A stretch of 64,000 nt of DNA, taken from the IMG/VR virus record IMGVR_UViG_3300025848_000037; one strand, given 5' to 3'. Shown here piece after piece: positions 54,844-63,264 of the stretch. The translations under genes were made by a program, and so were the position numbers. Within the stretch, counting starts at the first letter, position 1; every line of letters begins with the position of its first letter. The notes beneath the pieces were generated by a model. It saw only the letters and a list, made by a program, of their open reading frames with translations, was not told where the DNA came from and did no database searches. The DNA is from an uncultured virus (IMG/VR IMGVR_UViG_3300025848_000037). Its lineage: Duplodnaviria > Heunggongvirae > Uroviricota > Caudoviricetes.

Positions 54844-55587
54844 TTATACCCCCCCATCGGTTTTTTCTAGCGATTCTTTGAGTGGAATACTATGCGAAGG
54901 TGCGCCCCCCGTGGCCGGGCCGGAATGGGCGGGTGGGGGGGCCGTGGGGTCGGCTGGCTGGCCATCGTCGTGGGATGTGCCTGCATCTGTGCGTGCTTGG
55001 GCCAGCTCGGTGAGCAGGTCTAGCCCGGCGTCTGCCTCGACTACCTGTGCGTCCGTGACATCCTTGAGTGTCTCGAGGAGACGCGCCCGGATCTCCCCGC
55101 TGCGCTGGATGGTCGTGATCTCCTTGCGTTCGACGAAAGCCCCGACCTCGAACAGGTTGCCCAACAGCTTCAGGCAGGCCACGCGTTGGGCAGGCGGGAA
55201 CTCGGGATCGAGGGAGTGCTGGACGAGTTGCTGGACGAGCAGGGACTTGAGCTGAGCAGGGGTTCGATGTTTCTCTGCCTCGATTGCCAGCTTGTAGGCC
55301 TCGACCTCTTGCTGGATCCTTGCGTCGGCTGCGAGCTTGTACGGCTGACAGACGATTGTGGACGGAGCTGGTGTTCCCTCTCTACTGTCCCTGTATGCCT
55401 GAGCCTTCGTCTTCCCTAGTGCAAGCTGCCGGGCGAATTCCCTCTGTTTCGTCGTGAGCTGAGCCTTCTTCCCCGGGCCGGACGACAGTAGGTGTTCTAC
55501 CGGGAACTGCGTGAGCCCCTCTGCGATCTGCTGCCGGGTCAGCTTCTGTGGTGTCTTCACCTTGCGTGCTGGAGTGCCTGTGTCCAT
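54844..55587 (-). CDS. Terminase small subunit (putative)
   Basis: LTTKQREFARQLALGKTKAQAYR HTH; RVACLKLLG; upstream of TerL. Confidence 0.65.
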   Translation of the reverse strand: MDTGTPARKVKTPQKLTRQQIAEGLTQFPVEHLLSSGPGKKAQLTTKQREFARQLALGKTKAQAYRDSREGTPAPSTIVCQPYKLAADARIQQEVEAYKLAIEAEKHRTPAQLKSLLVQQLVQHSLDPEFPPAQRVACLKLLGNLFEVGAFVERKEITTIQRSGEIRARLLETLKDVTDAQVVEADAGLDLLTELAQARTDAGTSHDDGQPADPTAPPPAHSGPATGGAPSHSIPLKESLEKTDGGV

Positions 55588-55673
55588 CGTGTCCTACTAG
55601 GTACGGAGTGAGTATCGGGCCAGATGATACCGCGGCCTTCACCCAGGTCAACCGCGGCGTGCCATCCTGACCT

Positions 55674-55691
55674 AGTGGAACTTGTTCCACT
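55674..55691. promoter_or_regulatory. Extended palindrome AGTGGAACTTGTTCCACT between divergent late and early units
   Basis: 18-bp inverted repeat 18 bp upstream of the early -35 box. Confidence 0.75.
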
Positions 55692-55709
55692 CGACTTCAA
55701 AAAAAATGC

Positions 55710-55737
55710 TTGACGAGGTACTTGCAACCCCTACAAT
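55710..55737 (+). promoter_or_regulatory. Early sigma70-type promoter
   Basis: A-tract, TTGACG-N16-TACAAT. Confidence 0.6.
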
Positions 55738-55791
55738 ATCAGACATGGCAGCAGCCGCTGTCATGTGTCGCAACCTACTGGAGACCTACCC

Positions 55792-55962
55792 ATGAGTGAC
55801 CAATCCCTGAAGACGGCCTGCGTGCTGTCCGTCATGTTCGCTGTTCTGACTGTCGTCGTCGGACTGATCCTCGATGCTCTGTCGGTTGCGGACGCTGTCG
55901 TCTGCCTCACCTGCGTCGCTGTCCCCGCTGTCGCCCTGATCCTCGAAGGAGCACAAGCATGA
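55792..55962 (+). CDS. Small two-TM membrane protein
   Basis: GGAG RBS; hydrophobic. Confidence 0.6.
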   Translation: MSDQSLKTACVLSVMFAVLTVVVGLILDALSVADAVVCLTCVAVPAVALILEGAQA

Positions 55963-56198
55963 CCAAACTGAAAGCCCTCAAGACTGATCCAGTTGCTCTC
56001 AATGCCGCCCTGCGCCGGTTGCTGTCTCTGCTGGACACCACGGACGCCGAATTCCCGGACGCCTGCTGGCGCGTTGCATCCTCGACCGGCGTTGACTATG
56101 TCGCCCTAGCGGATGCGTACGACACTTACTGCGCCGCGCGCGACGATGTGACGCACGCTGACTGGTACGAGCGCGTGTCCCACGCCTGCGACCGCTGA
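55959..56198 (+). CDS. Hypothetical early protein
   Basis: AAGGAG RBS, ATGA overlap. Confidence 0.7.
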   Translation: MTKLKALKTDPVALNAALRRLLSLLDTTDAEFPDACWRVASSTGVDYVALADAYDTYCAARDDVTHADWYERVSHACDR

Positions 56199-56266
56199 GA
56201 GTGCAGCCTGATGACCGGGGCCGCCCGGTCATTGGAGTGCAATCCCGCACGACTACGGAGAACATC

Positions 56267-56515
56267 ATGCCCGACTACTACCGACTCACGACGATGACCC
56301 ACTACGGCGCGATCACAGAGACTACCGAGATGCTGGTCACCGACGAGGATATGCTGGCCGCCGCGCAAGCAATGGACAGATCCGGCGGAGGGTTCGCGGA
56401 AGCAATTGCGGCGGCATGGTTTCGCGCTGATTCTGGCAACCGCGAACGGCTGGCGGATGCCTTTGGTGACCTGTTCGGGCGCTTCGTCAAGCAGGCCTAC
56501 GCCGACAAGACTTGA
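56267..56515 (+). CDS. Hypothetical early protein
   Basis: GGAG RBS; GGGFAEAIAAAWFRADSGNRERL. Confidence 0.7.
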   Translation: MPDYYRLTTMTHYGAITETTEMLVTDEDMLAAAQAMDRSGGGFAEAIAAAWFRADSGNRERLADAFGDLFGRFVKQAYADKT

Positions 56516-56577
56516 TCCTGATGCCCCGCGTGCCGGGGCATTAGGATGGGGTTTTCCCATCGTCAACGGAGATCATC

Positions 56578-56832
56578 ATGCGAATCACTTACCTACAGGA
56601 TCCCGGTCATGGCTGGCTGGTCGTGCCTGCCGCCCTTGTCCGCAGCCTCGGCTGCCGCCCCTCTGACTACAGCTACCACGACCGCGCCGCTGATGTGGCG
56701 TACTTGGAGGAGGATTGCGACGCTGGGGCATTCATGCAGGCGCTGAAGGCTAGCGGTGTCGTGCCGCAGATCATCGACCACCACACCAACGATGACGCGT
56801 ACTGCCGCAGCCTACCGCGTTGGAGGGGCTGA
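56578..56832 (+). CDS. Hypothetical early protein
   Basis: GGAG RBS; DPGHGWL...YLEEDCDA. Confidence 0.75.
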   Translation: MRITYLQDPGHGWLVVPAALVRSLGCRPSDYSYHDRAADVAYLEEDCDAGAFMQALKASGVVPQIIDHHTNDDAYCRSLPRWRG

Positions 56833-56917
56833 TGACCACCAGACTCGCTGCCCTGATTGCTCAGGCCCGACTCTGGGCCATCCTCGCTGAAATGAAAGCC
56901 GCACAAAGGAGCCGCAA

Positions 56918-57085
56918 ATGAGACATCACGCCCAACACCCATTCGATCAAGAGATCCGCCGCCGCCTGTTCCAAGACCGCCGCGAGGCACGCGTGCAGGC
57001 CGCATGGGAGTTCCTGCTTACCCTTGTCGTGTCCACAGCAATCGTCGGTGTCATCACGCTGATTGTCGTAACCCTCACGGAGTGA
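56918..57085 (+). CDS. Small protein with C-terminal TM (not in ORF track)
   Basis: MRHHAQHPFDQ...; GGGAG RBS. Confidence 0.55.
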   Translation: MRHHAQHPFDQEIRRRLFQDRREARVQAAWEFLLTLVVSTAIVGVITLIVVTLTE

Positions 57086-57087
57086 CC

Positions 57088-57255
57088 ATGAATCTTTATA
57101 AATTTACCTGTTCTGTGTGGGTGCGGGGCGAAAGCCTTGAAGCTGCCCTGCAGGAGCTGCACGAGGAAGTTGACTACCACTTTGGCCTCGACAACAACCT
57201 GATTGCGCTGGAAAGCGACGAGGGTGTGTTGGCTGAAGAAGGAGAAAGCAAATGA
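57088..57255 (+). CDS. Hypothetical early protein
   Basis: GGAG RBS; start MNLYKF. Confidence 0.6.
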   Translation: MNLYKFTCSVWVRGESLEAALQELHEEVDYHFGLDNNLIALESDEGVLAEEGESK

Positions 57256-57467
57256 ACGCACCGATCATTAAAGACGGATGGGCACTAATCCACGAGCGCA
57301 CCGGAAAGTTGGTCAGTGAGCGCGATGTGGTGCTGGACTTCAGGGGCGAGGCCGACACCATCATGGGAGGCAATCCCCCGCACAAACCCAGCTCAACGGG
57401 GCGTGTCTGGGTGGAGCGCGGCGAGTTCTTCCCTTCCGTTTTCAACCTTAAATGGGTACGCAACTAG
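57252..57467 (+). CDS. Hypothetical early protein
   Basis: AAGGAG RBS; PPHKPSSTGRV. Confidence 0.7.
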   Translation: MNAPIIKDGWALIHERTGKLVSERDVVLDFRGEADTIMGGNPPHKPSSTGRVWVERGEFFPSVFNLKWVRN

Positions 57468-57544
57468 GACGGAATCCACAACATCCCCTGTAGCCCCGCG
57501 TGCGAGGCTATGGGGGGGCGTTGTGCCCTCTAACGGAGATCAAC

Positions 57545-57733
57545 ATGGATATTCACAAGCTGGATTTTTGGCTGCTCGATGCGTACGCATTGGGCTACTA
57601 CGATGGACGCCACCACGGGAGCGAAGACACCCCCGAAGAGTACGACGATGACCGCCGCTACCTGTACAAGGTCGGCTACCAACGCGGCGTGACTGACTAC
57701 TGCCACGACAAACACCCGGAGACTCAATCATGA
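57545..57733 (+). CDS. Hypothetical early protein
   Basis: GGAG RBS; AYALGYYDG...YKVGYQRG. Confidence 0.65.
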   Translation: MDIHKLDFWLLDAYALGYYDGRHHGSEDTPEEYDDDRRYLYKVGYQRGVTDYCHDKHPETQS

Positions 57734-57930
57734 AACGACCTGAAAACATCCACGACGCACTTCGTCACCTGCACGATCTGACAATGGCTATCGCCAACGA
57801 CATGAACAATTACATGGATAACCCACAAGACCACAAACCGGAGTACTTTGAGGCTGTCCATGCGGCAGCGCTTGATGCTCACCTGCTGGTCACATGGGTG
57901 AGGGACAACCTAGCGGAAATGCAGAAATGA
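57730..57930 (+). CDS. Hypothetical early protein
   Basis: GGAG RBS, ATGA overlaps. Confidence 0.65.
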   Translation: MKRPENIHDALRHLHDLTMAIANDMNNYMDNPQDHKPEYFEAVHAAALDAHLLVTWVRDNLAEMQK

Positions 57931-58607
57931 AATACACATTCGTCCGCAAGAGTGGCAACCGCAAAACCGGGCCAATCCCACAGACCTACAACTCGCGCTC
58001 GACCTGCCCTCCAAGCTGCGCCCACTATCGAACAAGCTGCTACGCTGAAGACTTCTACACCCGCATGGCATGGCACAAAGTAGACCGCACCGGGATGGAT
58101 ATCACCGGGCTAGTGCGTGAGATAGCCCGGCTGCCAGACGGACAGCTTTGGCGCTACTCCGTCGCTGGTGACCTACCCGGCGCGGGGGAACTGGTTGACG
58201 CGTACGAGCTAGGCCAAATCGTTTCCGCAAACCGAGGCAAACGAGGGTTCACCTACACCCACAAAAAATCCGCCGCCGCAATCAAGTGGGCGCGGCACGC
58301 AATCGAGTGGGGTTTTACTGTGAACCTATCCGCCGATGATGCAGGAGAGGCAGACCGCCTGCACCGCCACGGCCTGCCGATTGTCGTGACTGTGCCAATG
58401 GACACCCCGCGCCAATCGTTCACCCCAGCAGGACACCCGATCATTGTCTGCCCCGCACAGACAACCGATCATGTGACTTGCGAAACCTGCGGCCTGTGTC
58501 AAAACGCTACCCGCAGATCCATCGTCGGTTTCCGCGCCCACGGGTCAAAGGCACGCGTTGCCGACCAACGAGCACGCAAAGTTATCCCGATTCGGAGCAC
58601 GCAATGA
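57927..58607 (+). CDS. Cys-rich hypothetical protein (possible metal or Fe-S binding)
   Basis: SGNRKTG, TCPPSC.....SCYA, RYSVAGD, CPAQ....TCETCGLC, GFRAHG. Confidence 0.7.
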   Translation: MKYTFVRKSGNRKTGPIPQTYNSRSTCPPSCAHYRTSCYAEDFYTRMAWHKVDRTGMDITGLVREIARLPDGQLWRYSVAGDLPGAGELVDAYELGQIVSANRGKRGFTYTHKKSAAAIKWARHAIEWGFTVNLSADDAGEADRLHRHGLPIVVTVPMDTPRQSFTPAGHPIIVCPAQTTDHVTCETCGLCQNATRRSIVGFRAHGSKARVADQRARKVIPIRSTQ

Positions 58608-58915
58608 ACGCCGAGCAAATACTGAAACGATTGATTGCACCGCAGAACAGGCCTGCCGGGATGTATCTGCGTCTTTACCACGGACGCCCATCACCCAAAC
58701 ACGAAATGGAGGGCTGGGGGCCAGATGGCCCGGTTTTCGGGCCTCTGAAGTATTGCCACATCACCTACATGAGCACGATCAATATTTGTGGCATGGACGA
58801 TGAGGATACCGGGCCAATGAGCGGGGATGATCCGATACATTTTGTTGACGATTTGATTTTTTACGATGGCTGGTACTACGGGGACTGGGCCTTTGAATAT
58901 GAGGATGGAAAATGA
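58604..58915 (+). CDS. Hypothetical early protein
   Basis: GGAG RBS; ATGA overlap. Confidence 0.65.
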   Translation: MNAEQILKRLIAPQNRPAGMYLRLYHGRPSPKHEMEGWGPDGPVFGPLKYCHITYMSTINICGMDDEDTGPMSGDDPIHFVDDLIFYDGWYYGDWAFEYEDGK

Positions 58916-59094
58916 CTGACTGCCAAATGCACACGAAAACCGATGGAAGCTGGTGGGAGCACGATGGGCAGGGCATCCCCCTTTGCCGCGTGTGCTCCAA
59001 CTGCCGCGACGAAAAGCTACGCCGCTATCGGCCTGAGATTTTGGCCTACTACACACAGGCCGACATCGACGAGCAGATCGAGGAGGATTACTGA
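58912..59094 (+). CDS. Small Zn-finger-like protein
   Basis: GIPLCRVCSNC. Confidence 0.65.
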   Translation: MTDCQMHTKTDGSWWEHDGQGIPLCRVCSNCRDEKLRRYRPEILAYYTQADIDEQIEEDY

Positions 59095-59095
59095 A

Positions 59096-59308
59096 ATGAT
59101 GCTGGACACACCCGAACAGATCGCTGGAGCACGAATGCTTACCCTGTTTGCAGGCCTGAAGCTGGAGGTACTGGGGATGCGGAAATCAGGCCGCAGTTGC
59201 TACCAGATCGTTAAGCAGGAATTTGGACTGAAGGGCACGCGCCGACAAGTGCTCGACGCGTATCAGGAACTGCTGTACGAACGAGGGCTAAAGCAACGGC
59301 CTCAGTAA
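59096..59308 (+). CDS. Hypothetical early protein
   Basis: GAGGAGG RBS; GLKLEVLGMRKSGRS. Confidence 0.65.
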   Translation: MMLDTPEQIAGARMLTLFAGLKLEVLGMRKSGRSCYQIVKQEFGLKGTRRQVLDAYQELLYERGLKQRPQ

Positions 59309-60082
59309 CGCCGCCGCCGCCTCTGTGCCGAGCCTAGCCTCGGCATCATTGAAATCCTCCCCTAGCTGGCCTAGCCAGATTCGGGAGGATACTTTTTTGG
59401 CGGCACGCTGGCCTGCGCCGCTGGCATCATGGTCTGCCACCACCAACGGGTTCCGCAGCCGCTGGCCTATCTCGACCATGTTCTGGGCCGAGAAGCAGAC
59501 ATGGATGCGATACCGCTGCCGGGCGTGTTTCAGCGCACGCCGCACCGACAGGCCGGTGGCGAAGCCTTCGACGAGGATGTCCTGGCCCTTGTTGTCGATC
59601 ACGAGGCTAGCGCCCTTTGTCAGCTGGCCGGCCAGGAACCGCTTCGTGCCGTCCGCGGCTATGAGCTGGCAGCCAACTAATTTGTCGCCCACCCGCATCG
59701 GTAGCACGAGGCTACCCTCCCAGACATACCCTTCGAGTTCAGGGAATCCCTTCTTCGCTAGGTATGGGTGCGTGGCTTTCGGTGCCGAGTTGAGAATCCA
59801 CGCCGCCCGATGTGCCGCACGCTCCTGCCTAGCACGACGCTCTTTGTCTGCCTTCTCGCGCCTGGCCTTGGCCTCGGGGTCTGGCCTGTAGGCTTCGTCG
59901 GACTTGTACGGGATGTGCTTGTCATGCACCGCGAAGTTGATGAGCGCACCCATCCTGCCATCGAAGATGTAGGCGCCGTTGGCCTTCTTCGGGTGGTCAA
60001 TGGTGGGCACGCGCATCCAGCGGTCGAGCACGAGGCTGCGGATGATGAGTCCGTGCATCTCCGCAAACTGTTCAAAGGTCAC
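59288..60082 (-). CDS. Toprim-domain primase-like protein
   Basis: HPYLAKKG, LVLPM...GCQLI, VEGFATG, VADHD..GAGQ, EDFND. Confidence 0.85.
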   Translation of the reverse strand: MTFEQFAEMHGLIIRSLVLDRWMRVPTIDHPKKANGAYIFDGRMGALINFAVHDKHIPYKSDEAYRPDPEAKARREKADKERRARQERAAHRAAWILNSAPKATHPYLAKKGFPELEGYVWEGSLVLPMRVGDKLVGCQLIAADGTKRFLAGQLTKGASLVIDNKGQDILVEGFATGLSVRRALKHARQRYRIHVCFSAQNMVEIGQRLRNPLVVADHDASGAGQRAAKKVSSRIWLGQLGEDFNDAEARLGTEAAAALLRPLL

Positions 60083-60276
60083 TTCGCGCTGGGCCTGTTG
60101 TTGTGACGCTCTTCCATCACTTTGATGGCGCCAATAACTTCACCAATCTGGGCCAGGGCGTAAAGAGCGCACTTGTTTGCATCTTCAAACCGGTTCTCAA
60201 GCATGAATTTATGAAGATCTTTGAGCGCTGCGTCGGCCATCATGGCCGGGAAAGAGTAATCAACTAGTTTGGTCAT
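60079..60276 (-). CDS. Hypothetical protein
   Basis: Coupled overlaps. Confidence 0.6.
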   Translation of the reverse strand: MTKLVDYSFPAMMADAALKDLHKFMLENRFEDANKCALYALAQIGEVIGAIKVMEERHNNRPSAK

Positions 60277-60533
60277 TTTGTTTGCTTATATTTCTTGCGC
60301 CATGCCCGGACGGACTTGGGGTCTACGTTGTAGTAGTTGGCTACGTCTTGGATGGTTCCTTCTGCCATAGCCACTTCCCGCTGTTTATCTTCCTGCTCCT
60401 TCCTTTTGTCATCGTGGGTGTGGACAAGAACCTCTTCGGTTGTGAAGCGATGTAAATTGCCACACTCCCGAACACGCCTTGGCATCCGGGTCGTGACAAC
60501 CCGGCTCCATGCGTTGCACGTAGGGCAGTTCAT
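60273..60533 (-). CDS. Zn-ribbon (NrdR N-terminal-like) plus HTH protein
   Basis: MNCPTC...RRVRECGNLHRFTTEE; IQDVANYYNVDPKSVRAW. Confidence 0.7.
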   Translation of the reverse strand: MNCPTCNAWSRVVTTRMPRRVRECGNLHRFTTEEVLVHTHDDKRKEQEDKQREVAMAEGTIQDVANYYNVDPKSVRAWRKKYKQTK

Positions 60534-60784
60534 TTAGGAATGGCTCTGGAATAGACAGAGAACTGCCTGACGCTAATGGTGCTCTGCACCGACTTGTTAG
60601 ACAGGTTGGGAATGGTGCCAAGGGAGATGCCCATAGCCCGGCTACGCTCCACCACCTGAGTCTGGCTCTGCGACATAGTTGCACCATGCCCCCGGAAGTG
60701 AGCGTCTTGCAAGAACACAGACGGGCTGTGGTCATGCTTCCAGTGGAAGGGGCTATCTACCGGGCAATTGCATTTAAATTTCAT
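60530..60784 (-). CDS. Hypothetical protein
   Basis: ATGA overlaps. Confidence 0.55.
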   Translation of the reverse strand: MKFKCNCPVDSPFHWKHDHSPSVFLQDAHFRGHGATMSQSQTQVVERSRAMGISLGTIPNLSNKSVQSTISVRQFSVYSRAIPK

Positions 60785-60978
60785 GATGGCTTTCTTATTC
60801 CTGTTTCAAAGTCTTCTCGTTTATCTGCGCTGTTGTGTGTGGCAACCATGTGTTCCATGTCAAGGCCGGGGCAGCACCAGCAGTGGGGGCTAAGGATATG
60901 CTCGTATAAATCCTCGTCTGGCACAACGTGGGTAACGTAGTGCCCGTCGTTAGACCACCCCGATATGGTTACCCACAT
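60781..60978 (-). CDS. Hypothetical His/Cys-rich protein
   Basis: HVVP.EDL.EH....CWCCP...HNSADKRE. Confidence 0.65.
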   Translation of the reverse strand: MWVTISGWSNDGHYVTHVVPDEDLYEHILSPHCWCCPGLDMEHMVATHNSADKREDFETGIRKPS

Positions 60979-61646
60979 GGTTGTTCAAACTTGTAGTCAT
61001 GGAATACTGCGCCACGGGATTTATCCCCAACCTCGCAATTCCTGACCCACACTCGCTTGCCTGTTTTCTTCATGGTTCTCCAATGGCCTCTGCGCTCGTG
61101 CCACCTTGGTGGCGCATGGGTTCCCCCTTGAGGGTCTTGCTTGGGCTTGGATGGCTCTATGGTTATCGTTGTCCAATCATAGGTTGGCATTTTTCCTTGA
61201 CGGATTTTCTTGTCCCAGTTGGCCCTCTTAATGATTTGATGCCCGGTCACGGGCTTGGTGTCCAATGACTCACAAAACGCTGCAATGAACGCTAGGACAC
61301 CAGTTGCATAGCTTGTTCGGTAGTCAAAGCGTGTGCCGTCCTTGTGGCGAACCTTGATGCCCTCATCATCAATTATAAAAAAAAAGGTTGATATTGTTCG
61401 CGTTGATTTTTTGTCCCATTGCAAACCTGTAACCCCGGTAATTTCTCCAACGCGAGTTACAAAAATAACAACCTTCTTATTGTCATACTCGCAAGCAAGG
61501 GCAGTACGTGGGTATGGCAAGGGGCGGGAAAGAATTTCAGGACTTACTTTTTGTTCCTTGCGGTACACCGCACTCATATCAAACCAATGATGTTCAACTG
61601 CCTTTTCTGGATTTATAGCCACAAGCTCTTGAATTAGTGGCGTCAT
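60969..61646 (-). CDS. Hypothetical protein
   Basis: GGTHAPPRWHERRGHWR C-terminal motif; AT-richer than neighbours. Confidence 0.75.
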   Translation of the reverse strand: MTPLIQELVAINPEKAVEHHWFDMSAVYRKEQKVSPEILSRPLPYPRTALACEYDNKKVVIFVTRVGEITGVTGLQWDKKSTRTISTFFFIIDDEGIKVRHKDGTRFDYRTSYATGVLAFIAAFCESLDTKPVTGHQIIKRANWDKKIRQGKMPTYDWTTITIEPSKPKQDPQGGTHAPPRWHERRGHWRTMKKTGKRVWVRNCEVGDKSRGAVFHDYKFEQPCG

Positions 61647-61780
61647 GTGTTCTTCCCCTTAATTAGCGTTCCACAAATTTGACAATGCTGGTACTCACCT
61701 TCGCTTTTTTCCGGGTACTTGGCGCGAATCAAATGTCCCGTTTTTTCGCATAACCAGAATAACCAGATAAAAACCCTCAT
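61643..61780 (-). CDS. Small hypothetical protein (45 aa)
   Basis: AAGGAG RBS; ATGA overlaps both sides. Confidence 0.5.
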   Translation of the reverse strand: MRVFIWLFWLCEKTGHLIRAKYPEKSEGEYQHCQICGTLIKGKNT

Positions 61781-62019
61781 GTGTTCTTCTCCTTTAGTTT
61801 GGCTTCAATGGCGCGGGCAAATCGCACATCTTCTTCGGATTCGCACAGTGTCAAATCCTCATCCGTCAACCCCACCCATCTACGCCTGACTCCAGACAAA
61901 TCCAAATCAGCCTTCAAAAGATCGTCCATCACTCGCTGATCGTCTTCGTTCCAATTCTCTGGATACGCCTGCTTGAACGAATCAAGCGCATCCCATGCGC
62001 GACGCAGTAGGTCAACCAT
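61777..62019 (-). CDS. Accessory protein
   Basis: WVGLTDED...FARAIEAKLKEKNT. Confidence 0.65.
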   Translation of the reverse strand: MVDLLRRAWDALDSFKQAYPENWNEDDQRVMDDLLKADLDLSGVRRRWVGLTDEDLTLCESEEDVRFARAIEAKLKEKNT

Positions 62020-62263
62020 GGTTCTTCTCCCGCAGCTTGGCCTCCACGGCGCGGGCAAATCGCACATTCCAGTCTGGTGATTCGTGGAAATGCGTTGCAT
62101 TGTCGGCGGCTTCAATCTCCTCTTTTGTTAACGACACCCACTCACGCTCGGGCTTGAGCTTGGCCTTCACAGCGTCGATGAGCATCGCCCGGTCAAACGC
62201 ATCGTTAGGGCTGTCTTCGATCCATCGCAGGCACAGCGCCAGCAGTTCTTTTTCAGTCGGCAT
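62012..62263 (-). CDS. Accessory protein
   Basis: WVSLTKEE...FARAVEAKLREKN. Confidence 0.65.
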   Translation of the reverse strand: MPTEKELLALCLRWIEDSPNDAFDRAMLIDAVKAKLKPEREWVSLTKEEIEAADNATHFHESPDWNVRFARAVEAKLREKNHG

Positions 62264-62420
62264 CAATCATCTCCTTTAGTTCTTCCATGCACTCGGCCCA
62301 GCCCAGCAGCATGTACCACACGTAGTCATTGCGCGGGGTACGTTCAAAACAGAAATGCGCCATAGCTAGGTAGTTGTCGGCTGCGGCCCACCAGCGGCTG
62401 CGTTCGTAGTCAGGATGCAT
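62253..62420 (-). CDS. Small hypothetical protein (55 aa)
   Basis: GGGAG RBS; fills gap. Confidence 0.5.
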   Translation of the reverse strand: MHPDYERSRWWAAADNYLAMAHFCFERTPRNDYVWYMLLGWAECMEELKEMIDAD

Positions 62421-62742
62421 TGCTCCCCCTTGCGCGGATGGCGGCGGCTACGCGGTCTTTAGCTTGCATAGTGATGTCGTCCTGCTCGCCAGATACAGGC
62501 GTCTCAGCAATAACTGCACACGCCTCGCGCTCGGCCTCCACCGCCCGCCGAGTCTGCACACAGGCAAACCGCTGGCAATCAGCATGGCATGAGTGAATCT
62601 CGGTGGAGAGCAGGTAATCGCGGTGAAGTTCAACAAAACGACCAGCCTTTTCCATTGTTGGATGCCAACCCAGAACCCCGGGCGATTCCTCTTTCAACAT
62701 TTCTGCTTTCTCTAACAAGTCAATCAATTGTCCCGGGGTCAT
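62410..62742 (-). CDS. Accessory protein
   Basis: AAGGAG RBS; AEREACA...AAAIRARG. Confidence 0.65.
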   Translation of the reverse strand: MTPGQLIDLLEKAEMLKEESPGVLGWHPTMEKAGRFVELHRDYLLSTEIHSCHADCQRFACVQTRRAVEAEREACAVIAETPVSGEQDDITMQAKDRVAAAIRARGSNAS

Positions 62743-62900
62743 TCCATCTCCTTTATTTTTTCTGCCAGCACCCTGATGTACTCGCGTGCTTGTTCGACAG
62801 GAACTTCGGCGTGGTAGAAAATTAGCGCCGCTTCCACAAGTTTCGGGCTTTGTGGGGTGCTGGCGAACACCGCCCACAGATACTCTCGTTTTGCGCTCAT
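62739..62900 (-). CDS. Small hypothetical protein
   Basis: GGAGG RBS; ATGA overlaps. Confidence 0.55.
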   Translation of the reverse strand: MSAKREYLWAVFASTPQSPKLVEAALIFYHAEVPVEQAREYIRVLAEKIKEME

Positions 62901-63127
62901 TTCAAACCTCCATACATTGACCACTCTCTGGCCTTCTCCACCATGAACAGCCCCTCGGCCCGGGTCATTTTGGATGAGCGCACAAACAGTTCGCCTTCCC
63001 AGTCGAAAGCAATGATCATCACATCGGTCAGGCCACCATCCTCACACATATCCAGCGCGGACTTGAGCGCCTGCTCTGGGGTGTAGTTCACGCTTGCGGG
63101 TAGGCTGATTACTTTTTCGTTGTTCAT
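62897..63127 (-). CDS. Hypothetical protein
   Basis: TGATG coupling; YTPEQALKSAL. Confidence 0.6.
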   Translation of the reverse strand: MNNEKVISLPASVNYTPEQALKSALDMCEDGGLTDVMIIAFDWEGELFVRSSKMTRAEGLFMVEKAREWSMYGGLK

Positions 63128-63264
63128 CAGTACCCCCACCGGATTCGAAAGCACACCAGATAGAGGTGCAGGACAAACTCATTGCCGCCGCTGAAAAACC
63201 CCACGGCAAAGCACGGCCATAGGCGCGGGAAAAACTCGGTGGTCAAATGCAAACTTTTTCTCAT
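63127..63264 (-). CDS. Small hydrophobic protein (45 aa)
   Basis: AAGGAG RBS; coupled overlaps. Confidence 0.5.
   Translation of the reverse strand: MRKSLHLTTEFFPRLWPCFAVGFFSGGNEFVLHLYLVCFRIRWGY

Noticed and set aside
55382..55690. 102-aa ORF starting MEQVP
   Set aside because: The start codon is just part of the palindrome; no RBS; overlaps TerS out of frame
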